NCBI RefSeq assembly: GCF_964355755.1
Contig: NC_092680.1
Coordinates: forward strand, 12,028,001-12,092,000
DNA length: 64,000 bases
Direction: 5' to 3'
Source: Antedon mediterranea
Taxonomy: Eukaryota; Animalia; Echinodermata
Both the position numbers and the translations under genes were made by a program. The notes beneath the pieces were generated by a model. It was given only the letters and a program-made list of their open reading frames with translations, was not told the DNA's origin and ran no database searches. The stretch's first letter is position 1, and every line of letters starts with the position of its first letter. Below, piece by piece: positions 12,001 to 27,000 of the stretch.

Positions 12001-15000
12001 GAAATGCTCAAAATGGTCTAAAACGTTTTTAAAACGATATTAAGCTATTTTGTGCTCTTTGATTTTTTTGTGTAACCAAGTTTCATCGAAAATCACAAAA
12101 TGGTCTAAAACGTCTCCAAATGCGATTTGAAGCTTTTCTAAGCACTTTGGTGTTTTTATGTTAACAAGTTTTTTCGAAAATCACGAAATGGTCTAAAATG
12201 TCTCCAAATGCGATTTGAAGATATTCTGAGCACTTTGATGTTTTTGTGTGAAAAGTTTTATCGAAATGCTTAAAATGCTCTAAAACGGTTTCTAATGCGA
12301 TTTGAAGCTATTCTGTACACTTTGAAGTTTTTTGTGAAAAAGTTTTCTCGAAATGCTCAAAATGGTCTAAAACGTTTTTATATACCATATTAAGCTATTT
12401 TGTGCACTTTTATGTTTTGTGTGAAAAAGTTTTGTCGAAATTCTCAAAATGGTCTAAAACGTTTTTAAATACGATATTAAGCTGTTTTGTGCACTTTGAT
12501 GATTTGTGTGAAAAGTTTTAACGAAATGCTCAAAATGGTCTGAAACGGTTTCTAATGCGATTTGAAGCTATTCTGTACACTTTGAAGTTTTTTGTGAAAA
12601 AGTTTTCTCGAAATGCTCAAAATGGTCTAAAACGTTTTTATATACCATATTAAGCTATTTTGTACACTTTGATGTTTTTTGTGAAAAGTTTTATCGAAAT
12701 GCTCAAAATGGTCTAAAACGGTTTCTATTGTGATTTTAAGCACTTTGATGATTTTGTGTAACCAAGTTTCATCGAAATGTACAAAATGGTCTAAAACGTC
12801 TCCAAATGCGATTTGAAGCTATTCTAAGTACTTTTGTGTTTTTATGTTAACAAGTTTTTTCGAAAATCACAAAATGGTCTAAAACGTCTTCAAATGCGAT
12901 TTGAAGCTATTCTGTACACTTTGATGTTTTGTGTGAAAAAGTTTTGTCGAAATGCTCAAAATGGTCTAAAACGTTTTTAAATACGATATTAAGCTATTTT
13001 GTGATCTTTGATGTTTTTGTGTGAAAAGTTTTATCGAAATGCTCAAAATGGTCTAAAACGGTTTCTATTGTGATTTTAAGCACTTTGATGATTTTGTGTA
13101 ACCAAGTTTCATCGAAATGTACAAAATGGTCTAAAACGTCTCCAAATGCGATTTGAAGCTATTCTAAGTACTTTTGTGTTTTTATGTTAACAAGTTTTTT
13201 CGAAAATCACAAAATGGTCTAAAACGTCTTCAAATGCGATTTGAAGCTATTCTGTACACTTTGATGTTTTGTGTGAAAAAGTTTTGTCGAAATGCTCAAA
13301 ATGGTCTAAAACGTTTTTAAATACGATATTAAGCTATTTTGTGATCTTTGATGTTTTTGTGTGAAAAGTTTTATCGAAATGCTCCAAATGGTCTAAAACG
13401 GTTTCTATTGTGATTTTAAGCACTTTGAAAATTTTGTGTAACCAAGTTTCATCGAAATGTACAAAATGGTCTAAAACTTCTCCAAATGCGATTTGAAGCT
13501 ATTCTAAGTACTTTTGTGTTTTTATGTTAACAAGTTTTTTCGAAAATCACAAAATGGTCTAAAACGTCTTCAAATGCGATTTGAAGCTATTCTGTACACT
13601 TTGATGTTTTGTGTGAAAAAGTTTTGTCGAAATGCTCAAAATGGTCTAAAACGTTTTTAAATACGATATTAAGCTATTTTGTGATCTTTGATGTTTTTGT
13701 GTGAAAAGTTTTATCGAAATGCTCAAAATGGTCTGAAACGGTTTCTAATGCGATTTGAAGCTATTCTGTACACTTTGAAGTTTTTTGTGAAAAAGTTTTC
13801 TCGAAATGCTCAAAATGGTCTAAAACGTTTTTATATACCATATTAAGCTATTTTGTGCACTTTGATGTTTTTTGTGAAAAGTTTTATCGAAATGCTCAAA
13901 ATGGTCTAAAACGGTTTCTATTGTGATTTTAAGCACTTTGATGATTTTGTGTAACCAAGTTTCATCGAAATGTACAAAATGGTCTAGAACGTCTCCAAAT
14001 GCGATTTGAAGCTATTCTAAGTACTTTTGTGTTTTTATGTTAACAAGTTTTTTCGAAAATCACAAAATGGTCTAAAACGTCTTCAAATGCGATTTGAAGC
14101 TATTCTGTACACTTTGATGTTTTGTGTGAAAAAGTTTTGTCGAAATGCTCAAAATGGTCGAAAACGTTTTTAAATACGATATTAAGCTATTTTGTGATCT
14201 TTGATGTTTTTGTGTGAAAAGTTTTATCGAAATGCTCAAAATGGTCTAAAACGGTTTCTATTGTGATTTTAAGCACTTTGATGATTTTGTGTAACCAAGT
14301 TTCATCGAAATGTACAAAATGGTCTAAAACGTCTCCAAATGCGATTTGAAGCTATTCTAAGTACTTTTGTGTTTTTATGTTAACAAGTTTTTTCGAAAAT
14401 CACAAAATGGTCTAAAACGTCTCCAAATGCGATTTGAAGCTATTCTGTACACTTTGATGTTTTGTGTGAAAAAGTTTTGTCGAAATGCTCAAAATGGTCT
14501 AAAACGTTTTTAAAACGATATTAAGCTATTTTGTGCTCTTTGATGTTTTTGTGTAACCAAGTTTCATCGAAAATCACAAAATGGTCTAAAACGTCTCCAA
14601 ATGCGATTTGAAGCTTTTCTAAGCACTTTGGTGTTTTTATGTTAACAAGTTTTTTCGAAAATCACGAAATGGTCTAAAATGTCTCCAAATGCGATTTGAA
14701 GATATTCTGAGCACTTTGGTGTTTTTATGTTAAAACGTTTTTTCGAAAATCACAAAATGGTCTAAAACGTCTCCAAATGCGATTTGAAGCTCTTCTGTAC
14801 ACTTTGATGTTTTGTGTGAAAAAGTTTTGTCGAAATGCTCAAAATGGTCTAAAACGTTTTTAAATACGATATTAAGCTGTTTTGTGCAGTTTGATGATTT
14901 GTGTGAAAAGTTTTATCGAAATGCTCAAAATGGTCTAAAACGGTTTCTAATGCGATTTGAAGCTATTCTGTACACTTTGATGTTTTGTGTGAAAAAGTTT

Positions 15001-18000
15001 TGTCGAAATTCTCAAAATGGTCTAAAACGTTTTTAAATACGATATTAAGCTGTTTTGTGCACTTTGATGATTTGTGTGAAAAGTTTTAACGAAATACTCA
15101 AAATGGTCAAAAACGGTTTCTAATGTGATTTTAAGCACTTTGATGTTTTTTTGTAACCAAGTTTTTTCGAAAATCACAAAATGGTCTAAAACGTCTCCAA
15201 ATGCGATTTGAAGCTTTTCTAAGCACTTTGGTGTTTTTATGTTAACAAGTTTTTTCGAAAATCACAAAATGGTCTAAAACCTCTCCAAATGCGATTTGAG
15301 GATATTGTGAGCACTTTGGTGTTTTTATGTTAAAAAGTTTTTTCGAAAATCACAAAATGGTCTAAAACGTCTCCAAATGCGATTTGAAGCTATTCTGTAC
15401 ACTTTGATGTTTTGTGTGAAAAAGTTTTGTCGAAATGCTCAAAATGGTCTAAAACGTTTTTAAAACGATATTAAGCTATTTTGTGCTCTTTGATGTTTTT
15501 GTGTAACCAAGTTTCATCGAAATCAACAAAATGGTCTAAAACGTCTCCAAATGCGATTTGAAGCTTTTCTAAGCACTTTGGTGTTTTTATGTTAACAAGT
15601 TTTTTCGAAAATCACAAAATGGTCTAAAACGTCTCCAAATGCGATTTGAAGCTCTTCTGTACACTTTGATGTTTTGTGTGAAAAAGTTTTGTCGAAATTC
15701 TCAAAATGGTCTAAAACGTTTTTAAATACGATATTAAGCTGTTTTGTGCACTTTGATGATTTGTGTGAAAAGTTTTAACGAAATGCTCAAAATGGTCAAA
15801 AACGGTTTCTAATGTGATTTTAAGCACTTTGATGTTTTTGTGTAACCAAGTTTTTTCGAAAATCACAAAATGGTCTAAAACGTCTCCAAATGCGATTTGA
15901 AGCTTTTCTAAGCACTTTGGTGTTTTTATGTTAACAAGTTTTTTCGAAAATCACAAAATGGTCTAAAACGTCTCCAAATGCGATTTGAAGATATTCTGAG
16001 CACTTTGGTGTTTTTATGTTAAAAAGTTTTTTCGAAAATCACAAAATAGTCTAAAACGTCTCCAAATGCGATTTGAAGCTATTCTGTACACTTTGATGTT
16101 TTGTGTGAAAAAGTTTTGTCGAAATGCTCGAAATGGTCTAAAACGTTTTTAAATACGATATTAAGCTATTTTGTGATCTTTGATGTTTTTGTGTGAAAAG
16201 TTTTATCGAAATGCTCAAAATGGTCTAAAACGGTTTCTAATGCGATTTGAAGCTATTCTGTACACTTTGAAGTTTTGTGTGAAAAAGTTTTCTCGAAATG
16301 CTCAAAATGGTCTAAAACGTTTTTATATACCATATTAAGCTATTTTGTGGACTTTGATGTTTTTTGTTAAAAGTTTTATCGAAATGCTCAAAATGGTCTA
16401 AAACGGTTTCTATTGTGATTTTAAGTACTTTGATGATTTTGTGTAACCAAGTTTCATCGAAATGTACAAAATGGTCTAAAACGTCTCCAAATGCGATTTG
16501 AAGCTATTCTAAGTACTTTTGTGTTTTTATGTTAACAAGTTTTTTCGAAAATCACAAAATGGTCTAAAACGTCTTCAAATGCGATTTGAAGCTATTCTGT
16601 ACACTTTGATGTTTTGTGTGAAAAAGTTTTGTTAAAATGCTCAAAATGGTCTAAAACGTTTTTAAAACGATATTAAGCTATTTTGTGCTCTTTGATGTTT
16701 TTGTGTAACCAAGTTTCATCGAAAATCACAAAATGGTCTAAAACGTCTCCAAATGCGATTTGAAGCTTTTCTAAGCACTTTGGTGTTTTTATGTTAACAA
16801 GTTTTTTCGAAAATCACAAAATGGTCTAAAACGTCTCTAAATGCGATTTGAAGCTCTTCTGTACACTCTGATGTTTTGTGTGAAAAAGTTTTGTCGAAAT
16901 TCTCAAAATGGTCTAAAACGTTTTTAAATACGATATTAAGCTGTTTTGTGCACTTTGATGATTTGTGTGAAAAGTTTTAACGAAATGCTAAAAATGGTCA
17001 AAAACGGTTTCTAATGTGATTTTAAGCACTTTGATGTTTTTGTGTAACCAAGTTTTTTCGAAAATCACAAAATGGTCTAAAACGTCTCCAAATGCGATTT
17101 GAAGCTTTTCCAAGCACTTTGGTGTTTTTATGTTAACAAGTTTTTTCGAAAATCACAAAATGGTCTAAAACGTCTCCAAATGCGATTTGAAGATATTCTG
17201 AGCACTTTGGTGTTTTTATGTTAAAAAGTTTTTTCGAAAATCACAAAATAGTCTAAAACGTCTCCAATTGCGATTTGAAGCTATTCTGTACACTTTGATG
17301 TTTTGTGTGAAAAAGTTTTGTCGAAATGCTCAAAATGGTCTAAAACGTTTTTAAAACGATATTAAGCTATTTTGTGCTCTTTGATATTTTTGTGTAACCA
17401 AGTTTCATCGAAAATCACAAAATGGTCTAAAACGTCTCCAAATGCGATTTGAAGCTTTTCTAAGCACTTTGGTGTTTTTATGTTAACAAGTTTTTTCGAA
17501 AATCACGAAATGGTCTAAAATGTCTCCAAATGCGATTTGAAGATATTCTGAGCACTTTGGTGTTTTTATGTTAAAACGTTTTTTCGAAAATCACAAATTG
17601 GTCTAAAACGTCTCCAAATGCGATTTGAAGCTCTTCTGTACACTTTGATGTTTTGTGTGAAAAAGTTTTGTCGAAATGCTCAAAATGGTCTAAAACGTTT
17701 TTAAATACGATATTAAGCTGTTTTGTGCAGTTTGATTATTTGTGTGAAAAGTTTTAACGAAATGCTCAAAATGGTCTAAAACGGTTTCTAATGCGATTTG
17801 AAGCTATTCTGTACACTTTGAAGTTTTTTGTGAAAAAGTTTTCTCGAAATGCTCAAAATGGTCTAAAACGTTTTTATATACCATAATTATTAAGCTATTT
17901 TGTGCACTTTGATGTTTTTTGTGAAAAGTTTTATCGAAATGCTCAAAATGGTCTGAAATGGTTTCTATTGTGATTTTAAGCACTTTGATGATTTTGTGTA

Positions 18001-21000
18001 ACCAAGTTTCATCGAAATGTTCAAAATGGTCTAAAACGTCTCCAAATGCGATTTGAAGCTATTCTAAGTACTTTTGTGTTTTTATGTTAACAAGTTTTTT
18101 CGAAAATCACGAAATGGTCTAAAATGTCTCCAAATGCCATTTGAAGATATTCTGAGCACTTTGGTGTTTTTATGTTAAAAAGTTTTGTCGAAATGCTCAA
18201 AATGGTCTAAAACGTTTTTAAATACGATATTAAGCTATTTTGTGATCTTTGATGTTTTTGTGTGAAAAGTTTTATCGAAATGCTCAAAATGGTCTGAAAC
18301 GGTTTCTAATGCAATTTGAAGCTATTCTGTACACTTTGAAGTTTTTTGTGAAAAAGTTTTCTCGAAATGCTCAAAATGGTCTAAGACGTTTTTATATACC
18401 ATATTAAGCTATTTTGTGCACTTTGATGTTTTTTGTGAAAAGTTTTATCGAAATGCTCAAAATGGTCTAAAACGGTTTCTATTGTGATTTTAAGCACTTT
18501 GATGATTTTGTGTAACCAAGTTTCATCGAAATGTACAAAATGGTCTAAAACGTCTCCAAATGCGATTTGAAGCTATTCTAAGTACTTTTGTGGTTTTATG
18601 TAAACAAGTTTTTTCAAAAATCACAAAATGGTCTAAAACGTCTTCAAATGCGATTTGAAGCTATTCTGTACAGTTTGATGTTTTGTGTGAAAAAGTTTTA
18701 TCGAAATGCTCAAAATGGTCTAAAACGTTTTTAAATACGATATTAAGCTATTTTGTGATCTTTGATGTTTTTGTGTGAAAAGTTTTATCGAAATGCTCAA
18801 AATGGTCTAAAACGGTTTCTATTGTGATTTTAAGCACTTTGATGATTTTGTGTAACCAAGTTTCATCGAAATGTACAAAATGGTCTAAAACGTCTTCAAA
18901 TGCGATTTGAAGCTATTCTAAGTACTTTTGTGTTTTTATGTTAACAAGTTTTTTCGAAAATCACAAAATGGTCTAAAACGTCTTCAAATGCGATTTGAAG
19001 CTATTTTGTACACTTTGATGTTTTGTGTGAAAAAGTTTTGTCAAAATGCTCAAAATGGTCTAAAACGTTTTTAAAACGATATTAAGCTATTTTGTGCTCT
19101 TTGATGTTTTTGTGTAACCAAGTTTTTTCAAAAATCACAAAATGGTCTAAAACGTCCCCAAATGCGATTTGAAGCTTTTCTAAGCACTTTTGTGTTTTTA
19201 TGTTAACAAGTTTTTTCGAAAATCACAAAATGGTCTAAAACGTCTCCAAATGCGATTTGAAGATATTCTGAGCACTTTGGTGTTTTTATGTTAAAAAGTT
19301 TTTTCGAAAATCACAAAAATAATAGTCTAAAACGTCTCCAAATGCGATTTGAAGCTATTCTGTACACTTTGATGTTTTGTGTGAAAAAGTTTTGTCGAAA
19401 TGCTCAAAATGGTCTAAAACGTCTCCAAATGCGATTTGAAGCTTTGATGTTTTGTGTGAAAAAGTTTTGTCGATATGCTCAAAATGGTCTAAAACGTTTT
19501 TAAATACGATATTAAGCTGTTTTGTGCACTTTAATGATTTGTGTGAAAAGTTTTAACGAAATGCTCAAAATGGTCTAAAACGGTTTTAAATACGATATTA
19601 AGCTATTTTGTGCTCTTTGATGTTTTTGTGTAACCAAGTTTCATCGAAAATCACAAAATGGTCTAAAACGTCTTCAAATGCGATTTGAAGCTATTCTGTA
19701 CACTTTGATGTTTTGTGTGAAAAAGTTTTGTCAAAATGCTCAAAATGGTCTAAAACGTTTTTAAAACGATATTAAGCTATTTTGTGCTCTTTGATGTTTT
19801 TGTGTAACCAAGTTTTTTCGAAAATCACAAAATGGTCTAAAACGTCTCCAAATGCGATTTGAAGCTTTTCTAAGCACTTTGGTGTTTTTATGTTAACAAG
19901 TTTTTTCGAAAATCACAAAATGGTCTAAAACGTCTCCAAATGCGATTTGAGGATATTCTGAGCACTTTGGTGTTTTTATGTTAAAAAGTTTTTTCGAAAA
20001 TCACAAAATGGTCTAAAACGTCTCAAAATGCGATTTGAAGCTATTCTGTACACTTTGATGTTTTGTGTGAAAAAGTTTTGTCGAAATGCTCAAAATGGTC
20101 TAAAACGTTTTTAAAACGATATTAAGCTATTTTGTGCTCTTTGATTTTTTTGTGTAACCAAGTTTCATCGAAAATCACAAAATGGTCTAAAACGTCTCCA
20201 AATGCGATTTGAAGCTTTTCTAAGCACTTTGGTGTTTTTATGTTAACCAGTTTTTTCGAAAATCACGAAATGGTCTAAAATGTCTCCAAATGCGATTTGA
20301 AGATATTCTGAGCACTTTGGTGTTTTTATGTTAAAAAGTTTTTTCGAAAATCACAAAATGGTCTAAAACGTCTCCAAATACGATTTGAAGCTCTTCTGTA
20401 CACTTTGATGTTTTGTGTGAAAAAGTTTTGTCGGAATGCTCAAAATGGTCTAAAACGTTTTTAAATACGATATTAAGCTGTTTTGTGCACTTTAATGATT
20501 TGTGTGAAAAGTTTTAACGAAATGCTCAAAATGGTCTAAAACGGTTTCTAATGTGATTTTAAGCACTTTGATGTTTTTGTGTAACCAAGTTTTTTCGAAT
20601 ATCACAAAATGGTCTAAAACGTCTCCAAATGCGATTTGAAGCTTTTCTAAGCACTTTGGTGTTTTTATGTTAACAAGTTTTTTCGAAAATCACAAAATGG
20701 TCTAAAACGTCTCCAAATGCGATTTGAGGATATTCTGAGCACTTTGGTGTTTTTATGTTAAAAATTTTTTTCGAAAATCACAAAATGGTCTAAAACGTCT
20801 CAAAATGCGATTTGAAGCTATTCTGTACACTTTGATGTTTTGTGTGAAAAAGTTTTGTCGAAATGCTCAAAATGGTCTAAAACGTTTTTAAAACGATATT
20901 AAGCTATTTTGTGCTCTTTGATTTTTTTGTGTAACCAAGTTTCATCGAAAATCACAAAATGGTCTAAAACGTCTCCAAATGCGATTTGAAGCTTTTCTAA

Positions 21001-24000
21001 GCACTTTGGTGTTTTTATGTTAACAAGTTTTTTCGAAAATCACGAAATGGTCTAAAATGTCTCCAAATGTGATTTGAAGATATTCTGAGCACTTTGATGT
21101 TTTTGTGTGAAAAGTTTTATCGAAATGCTCAAAATGGTCTAAAACGGTTTCTAATGCGATTTGAAGCTATTCTGTACACTTTGAAGTTTTTTGTGAAAAA
21201 GTTTTCTCGAAATGCTCAAAATGGTCTAAAACGTTTTTATATACCATATTAAGCTATTTTGTGCACTTTTATGTTTTGTGTGAAAAAGTTTTGTCGAAAT
21301 TCTCAAAATGGTCTAAAACGTTTTTAAATACGATATTAAGCTGTTTTGTGCACTTTGATGATTTGTGTGAAAAGTTTTAACGAAATGCTCAAAATGGTCA
21401 AAAACGTTTTCTAATGTGATTTTAAGCACTTTGATGTTTTTGTGTAACCAAGTTTTTTCAAAAATCACAAAATGGCCTAAAACGTCTCCAAATGCGATTT
21501 GAAGCTTTTCTAAGCACTTTTGTGTTTTTATGTTAACAAGTTTTTTCGAAAATCACAAAATGGTCTAAAACGTCTCCAAATGCGATTTGAAGATATTCTG
21601 AGCACTTTGGTGTTTTTATGTTAAAAAGTTTTTTCGAAAATCACAAAATAGTCTAAAACGTCTCCAAATGCGATTTGAAGCTATTCTGTACACTTTGATG
21701 TTTTGTGTGAAAAAGTTTTGTCGAAATGCTCAAAATGGTCTAAAACGTTTTTAAAACGATATTAAGCTATTTTGTGATCTTTGATGTTTTTGTGTAACCA
21801 AGTTTCATCGAAAATCACAAAATGGTCTAAAACGTCTCCAAATGCGATTTGAAGCTTTTCTAAGCACTTTGGTGTTTTTATGTTAACCAGTTTTTTCGAA
21901 AATCACGAAATGGTCTAAAATGTCTCCAAATGCGATTTGAAGATATTCTGAGCACTTTGGTGTTTTTATGTTAAAAAGTTTTTTCGAAAATCACAAAATG
22001 GTCTAAAACGTCTCCAAATACGATTTGAAGCTCTTCTGTACACTTTGATGTTTTGTGTGAAAAAGTTTTGTCGGAATGCTCAAAATGGTCTAAAACGTTT
22101 TTAAATACGATATTAAGCTGTTTTGTGCACTTTAATGATTTGTGTGAAAAGTTTTAACGAAATGCTCAAAATGGTCTAAAACGGTTTCTAATGTGATTTT
22201 AAGCACTTTGATGTTTTTGTGTAACCAAGTTTTTTCGAAAATCACAAAATGGTCTAAAACGTCTCCAAATGCGATTTGAAGCTTTTCTAAGCACTTTGGT
22301 GTTTTTATGTTAACAAGTTTTTTCGAAAATCACAAAATGGTCTAAAACGTCTCCAAATGCGATTTGAGGATATTCTGAGCACTTTGGTGTTTTTATGTTA
22401 AAAAGTTTTTTCGAAAATCACAAAATGGTCTAAAACGTCTCAAAATGCGATTTGAAGCTATTCTGTACACTTTGATGTTTTGTGTGAAAAAGTTTTGTCG
22501 AAATGCTCAAAATGGTCTAAAACGTTTTTAAAACGATATTAGGCTATTTTGTGCTCTTTGATGTTTTTGTGTAACCAAGTTTCATCGAAATCAACAAAAT
22601 GGTCTAATACGTCTCCAAATGCGATTTGAAGCTTTTCCAAGCACTTTGCTGTTTTTATGTTAACAAGTTTTTTCGAAAATCACAAAATGGTCTAAAACGT
22701 CTTCAAATGCGATTTGAAGCTATTCTGTACACTTTGATGTTTTGTGTGAAAAAGTTTTGTCGAAATGCTCAAAATGGTCTAAAACGTTTTTAAATACGAT
22801 ATTAAGCTATTTTGTGATCTTTGATGTTTTTGTGTGAAAAGTTTTATCGAAATGCTCCAAATGGTCTAAAACGGTTTCTATTGTGATTTTAAGCACTTTG
22901 ATGATTTTGTGTAACCAAGTTTCATCGAAATGTACAAAATGGTCTAAAACGTCTCCAAATGCGATTTGAAGCTATTCTAAGTACTTTTGTGTTTTTATGT
23001 TAACAAGTTTTTTCGAAAATCACAAAATGGTCTAAAACGTCTTCAAATGCGATTTGAAGCTATTCTGTACACTTTGATGTTTTGTGTGAAAAAGTTTTGT
23101 CGAAATGCTCAAAATGGTCTAAAACGTTTTTAAATACGATATTAAGCTATTTTGTGATCTTTGATGTTTTTGTGTGAAAAGTTTTATCGAAATGCTCAAA
23201 ATGCTCTGAAACGGTTTCTAATGCGATTTGAAGCTATTCTGTACACTTTGAAGTTTTTTGTGAAAAAGTTTTCTCGAAATGCTCAAAATGGTCTAAAACG
23301 TTTTTATATACCATATTAAGCTATTTTGTGCACTTTGATGTTTTTTGTGAAAAGTTTTATCGAAATGCTCAAAATGGTCTAAAACGGTTTCTATTGTGAT
23401 TTTAAGCACTTTGATGATTTTGTGTAACCAAGTTTCATCGAAATGTACAAAATGGTCTAAAACGTCTCCAAATGCGATTTGAAGCTATTCTAAGTACTTT
23501 TGTGTTTTTATGTTAACAAGTTTTTTCGAAAATCACAAAATGGTCTAAAACGTCTTCAAATGCGATTTGAAGCTATTCTGTACACTTTGATGTTTTGTGT
23601 GAAAAAGTTTTGTCGAAATGCTCAAAATGGTCTAAAACGTTTTTAAATACGATATTAAGCTATTTTGTGATCTTTGATGTTTTTGTGTGAAAAGTTTTAT
23701 CGAAATGCTCAAAATGGTCTAAAACGGTTTCTATTGTGATTTTAAGCACTTTGATGATTTTGTGTAACCAAGTTTCATCGAAATGTACAAAATGGTCTAA
23801 AACGTCTCCAAATGCGATTTGAAGCTATTCTAAGTACTTTTGTGTTTTTATGTTAACAAGTTTTTTCGAAAATCACAAAATGGTCTAAAACGTCTCCAAA
23901 TGCGATTTGAAGCTATTCTGTACACTTTGATGTTTTGTGTGAAAAAGTTTTGTCGAAATGCTCAAAATGGTCTAAAACGTTTTTAAAACGATATTAAGCT

Positions 24001-27000
24001 ATTTTGTGCTCTTTGATGTTTTTGTGTAACCAAGTTTCATCGAAAATCACAAAATGGTCTAAAACGTCTCCAAATGCGATTTGAAGCTTTTCTAAGCACT
24101 TTGGTGTTTTTATGTTAACAAGTTTTTTCGAAAATCACAAAATGGTCTAAAACCTCTCCAAATGCGATTTGAGGATATTGTGAGCACTTTGGTGTTTTTA
24201 TGTTAAAAAGTTTTTTCGAAAATCACAAAATGGTCTAAAACGTCTCCAAATGCGATTTGAAGCTATTCTGTACACTTTGATGTTTTGTGTGAAAAAGTTT
24301 TGTCGAAATGCTCAAAATGGTCTAAAACGTTTTTAAAACGATATTAAGCTATTTTGTGCTCTTTGATGTTTTTGTGTAACCAAGTTTCATCGAAATCAAC
24401 AAAATGGTCTAAAACGTCTCCAAATGCGATTTGAAGCTTTTCTAAGCACTTTGGTGTTTTTATGTTAACAAGTTTTTTCGAAAATCACAAAATGGTCTAA
24501 AACGTCTCCAAATGCGATTTGAAGCTCTTCTGTACACTTTGATGTTTTGTGTGAAAAAGTTTTGTCGAAATTCTCAAAATGGTCTAAAACGTTTTTAAAT
24601 ACGATATTAAGCTGTTTTGTGCACTTTGATGATTTGTGTGAAAAGTTTTAACGAAATGCTCAAAATGGTCAAAAACGGTTTCTAATGTGATTTTAAGCAC
24701 TTTGATGTTTTTGTGTAACCAAGTTTTTTCAAAAATCACAAAATGGTCTAAAACGTCTCCAAATGCGATTTGAAGCTTTTCTAAGCACTTTGGTGTTTTT
24801 ATGTTAACAAGTTTTTTCGAAAATCACAAAATGGTCTAAAACGTCTCCAAATGCGATTTGAAGATATTCTGAGCACTTTGGTGTTTTTATGTTAAAAAGT
24901 TTTTTCGAAAATCACAAAATAGTCTAAAACGTCTCCAAATGCGATTTGAAGCTATTCTGTACACTTTGATGTTTTGTGTGAAAAAGTTTTGTCGAAATGC
25001 TCGAAATGGTCTAAAACGTTTTTAAATACGATATTAAGCTATTTTGTGATCTTTGATGTTTTTGTGTGAAAAGTTTTATCGAAATGCTCAAAATGGTCTA
25101 ACACGGTTTCTAATGCGATTTGAAGCTATTCTGTACACTTTGAAGTTTTGTGTGAAAAAGTTTTCTCGAAATGCTCAAAATGGTCTAAAACGTTTTTATA
25201 TACCATATTAAGCTATTTTGTGGACTTTGATGTTTTTTGTTAAAAGTTTTATCGAAATGCTCAAAATGGTCTAAAACGGTTTCTATTGTGATTTTAAGTA
25301 CTTTGATGATTTTGTGTAACCAAGTTTCATCGAAATGTACAAAATGGTCTAAAACGTCTCCAAATGCGATTTGAAGCTATTCTAAGTACTTTTGTGTTTT
25401 TATGTTAACAAGTTTTTTCGAAAATCACAAAATGGTCTAAAACGTCTTCAAATGCGATTTGAAGCTATTCTGTACACTTTGATGTTTTGTGTGAAAAAGT
25501 TTTGTCGAAATGCTCAAAATGGTCTAAAACGTTTTTAAATACGATATTAAGCTATTTTGTGATCTTTGATGTTTTTGTGTGAAAAGTTTTATCGAAATGC
25601 TCAAAATGGTCTGAAACGGTTTCTAATGCGATTTGAAGCTATTCTGTACACTTTGAAGTTTTGTGTGAAAAAGTTTTCTCGAAATGCTCAAAATGGTCTA
25701 AAACGTTTTTATATACCATATTAAGCTATTTTGTGAACTTTGATGTTTTTTGTGAAAAGTTTTATCGAAATGCTCAAAATGGTCTAAAACGGTTTCTATT
25801 GTGATTTTAAGCACTTTGATGATTTTGTGTAACCAAGTTTCATCGAAATGTACAAAATGGTCTAAAACGTCTCCAAATGCGATTTGAAGCTATTCTAAGT
25901 ACTTTTGTGTTTTTATGTTAACAAGTTTTTTCGAAAATCACAAAATGGTCTAAAACGTCTTCAAATGCGATTTGAAGCTATTCTGTACACTTTGATGTTT
26001 TGTGTGAAAAAGTTTTGTTAAAATGCTCAAAATGGTCTAAAACGTTTTTAAAACGATATTAAGCTATTTTGTGCTCTTTGATGTTTTTGTGTAACCAAGT
26101 TTCATCGAAAATCACAAAATGGTCTAAAACGTCTCCAAATGCGATTTGAAGCTTTTCTAAGCACTTTGGTGTTTTTATGTTAACAAGTTTTTTCGAAAAT
26201 CACAAAATGGTCTAAAACGTCTCCAAATGCGATTTGAAGCTCTTCTGTACACTCTGATGTTTTGTGTGAACAAGTTTTGTCGAAATTCTCAAAATGGTCT
26301 AAAACGTTTTTAAATACGATATTAAGCTGTTTTGTGCACTTTGATGATTTGTGTGAAAGTTTTAACGAAATGCTAAAAATGGTCAAAAACGGTTTCTAAT
26401 GTGATTTTAAGCACTTTGATGTTTTTGTGTAACCAAGTTTTTTCGAAAATCACAAAATGGTCTAAAACGTCTCCAAATGCGATTTGAAGCTTTTCCAAGC
26501 ACTTTGGTGTTTTTATGTTAACAAGTTTTTTCGAAAATCACAAAATGGTCTAAAACGTCTCCAAATGCGATTTGAAGATATTCTGAGCACTTTGGTGTTT
26601 TTATGTTAAAAAGTTTTTTCGAAAATCACAAAATAGTCTAAAACGTCTCCAATTGCGATTTGAAGCTATTCTGTACACTTTGATGTTTTGTGTGAAAAAG
26701 TTTTGTCGAAATGCTCAAAATGGTCTAAAACGTTTTTAAAACGATATTAAGCTATTTTGTGCTCTTTGATATTTTTGTGTAACCAAGTTTCATCGAAAAT
26801 CACAAAATGGTCTAAAACGTCTCCAAATGCGATTTGAAGCTTTTCTAAGCACTTTGGTGTTTTTATGTTAACAAGTTTTTTCGAAAATCACGAAATGGTC
26901 TAAAATGTCTCCAAATGCGATTTGAAGATATTCTGAGCACTTTGGTGTTTTTATGTTAAAATGTTTTTTCGAAAATCACAAATTGGTCTAAAACGTCTCC

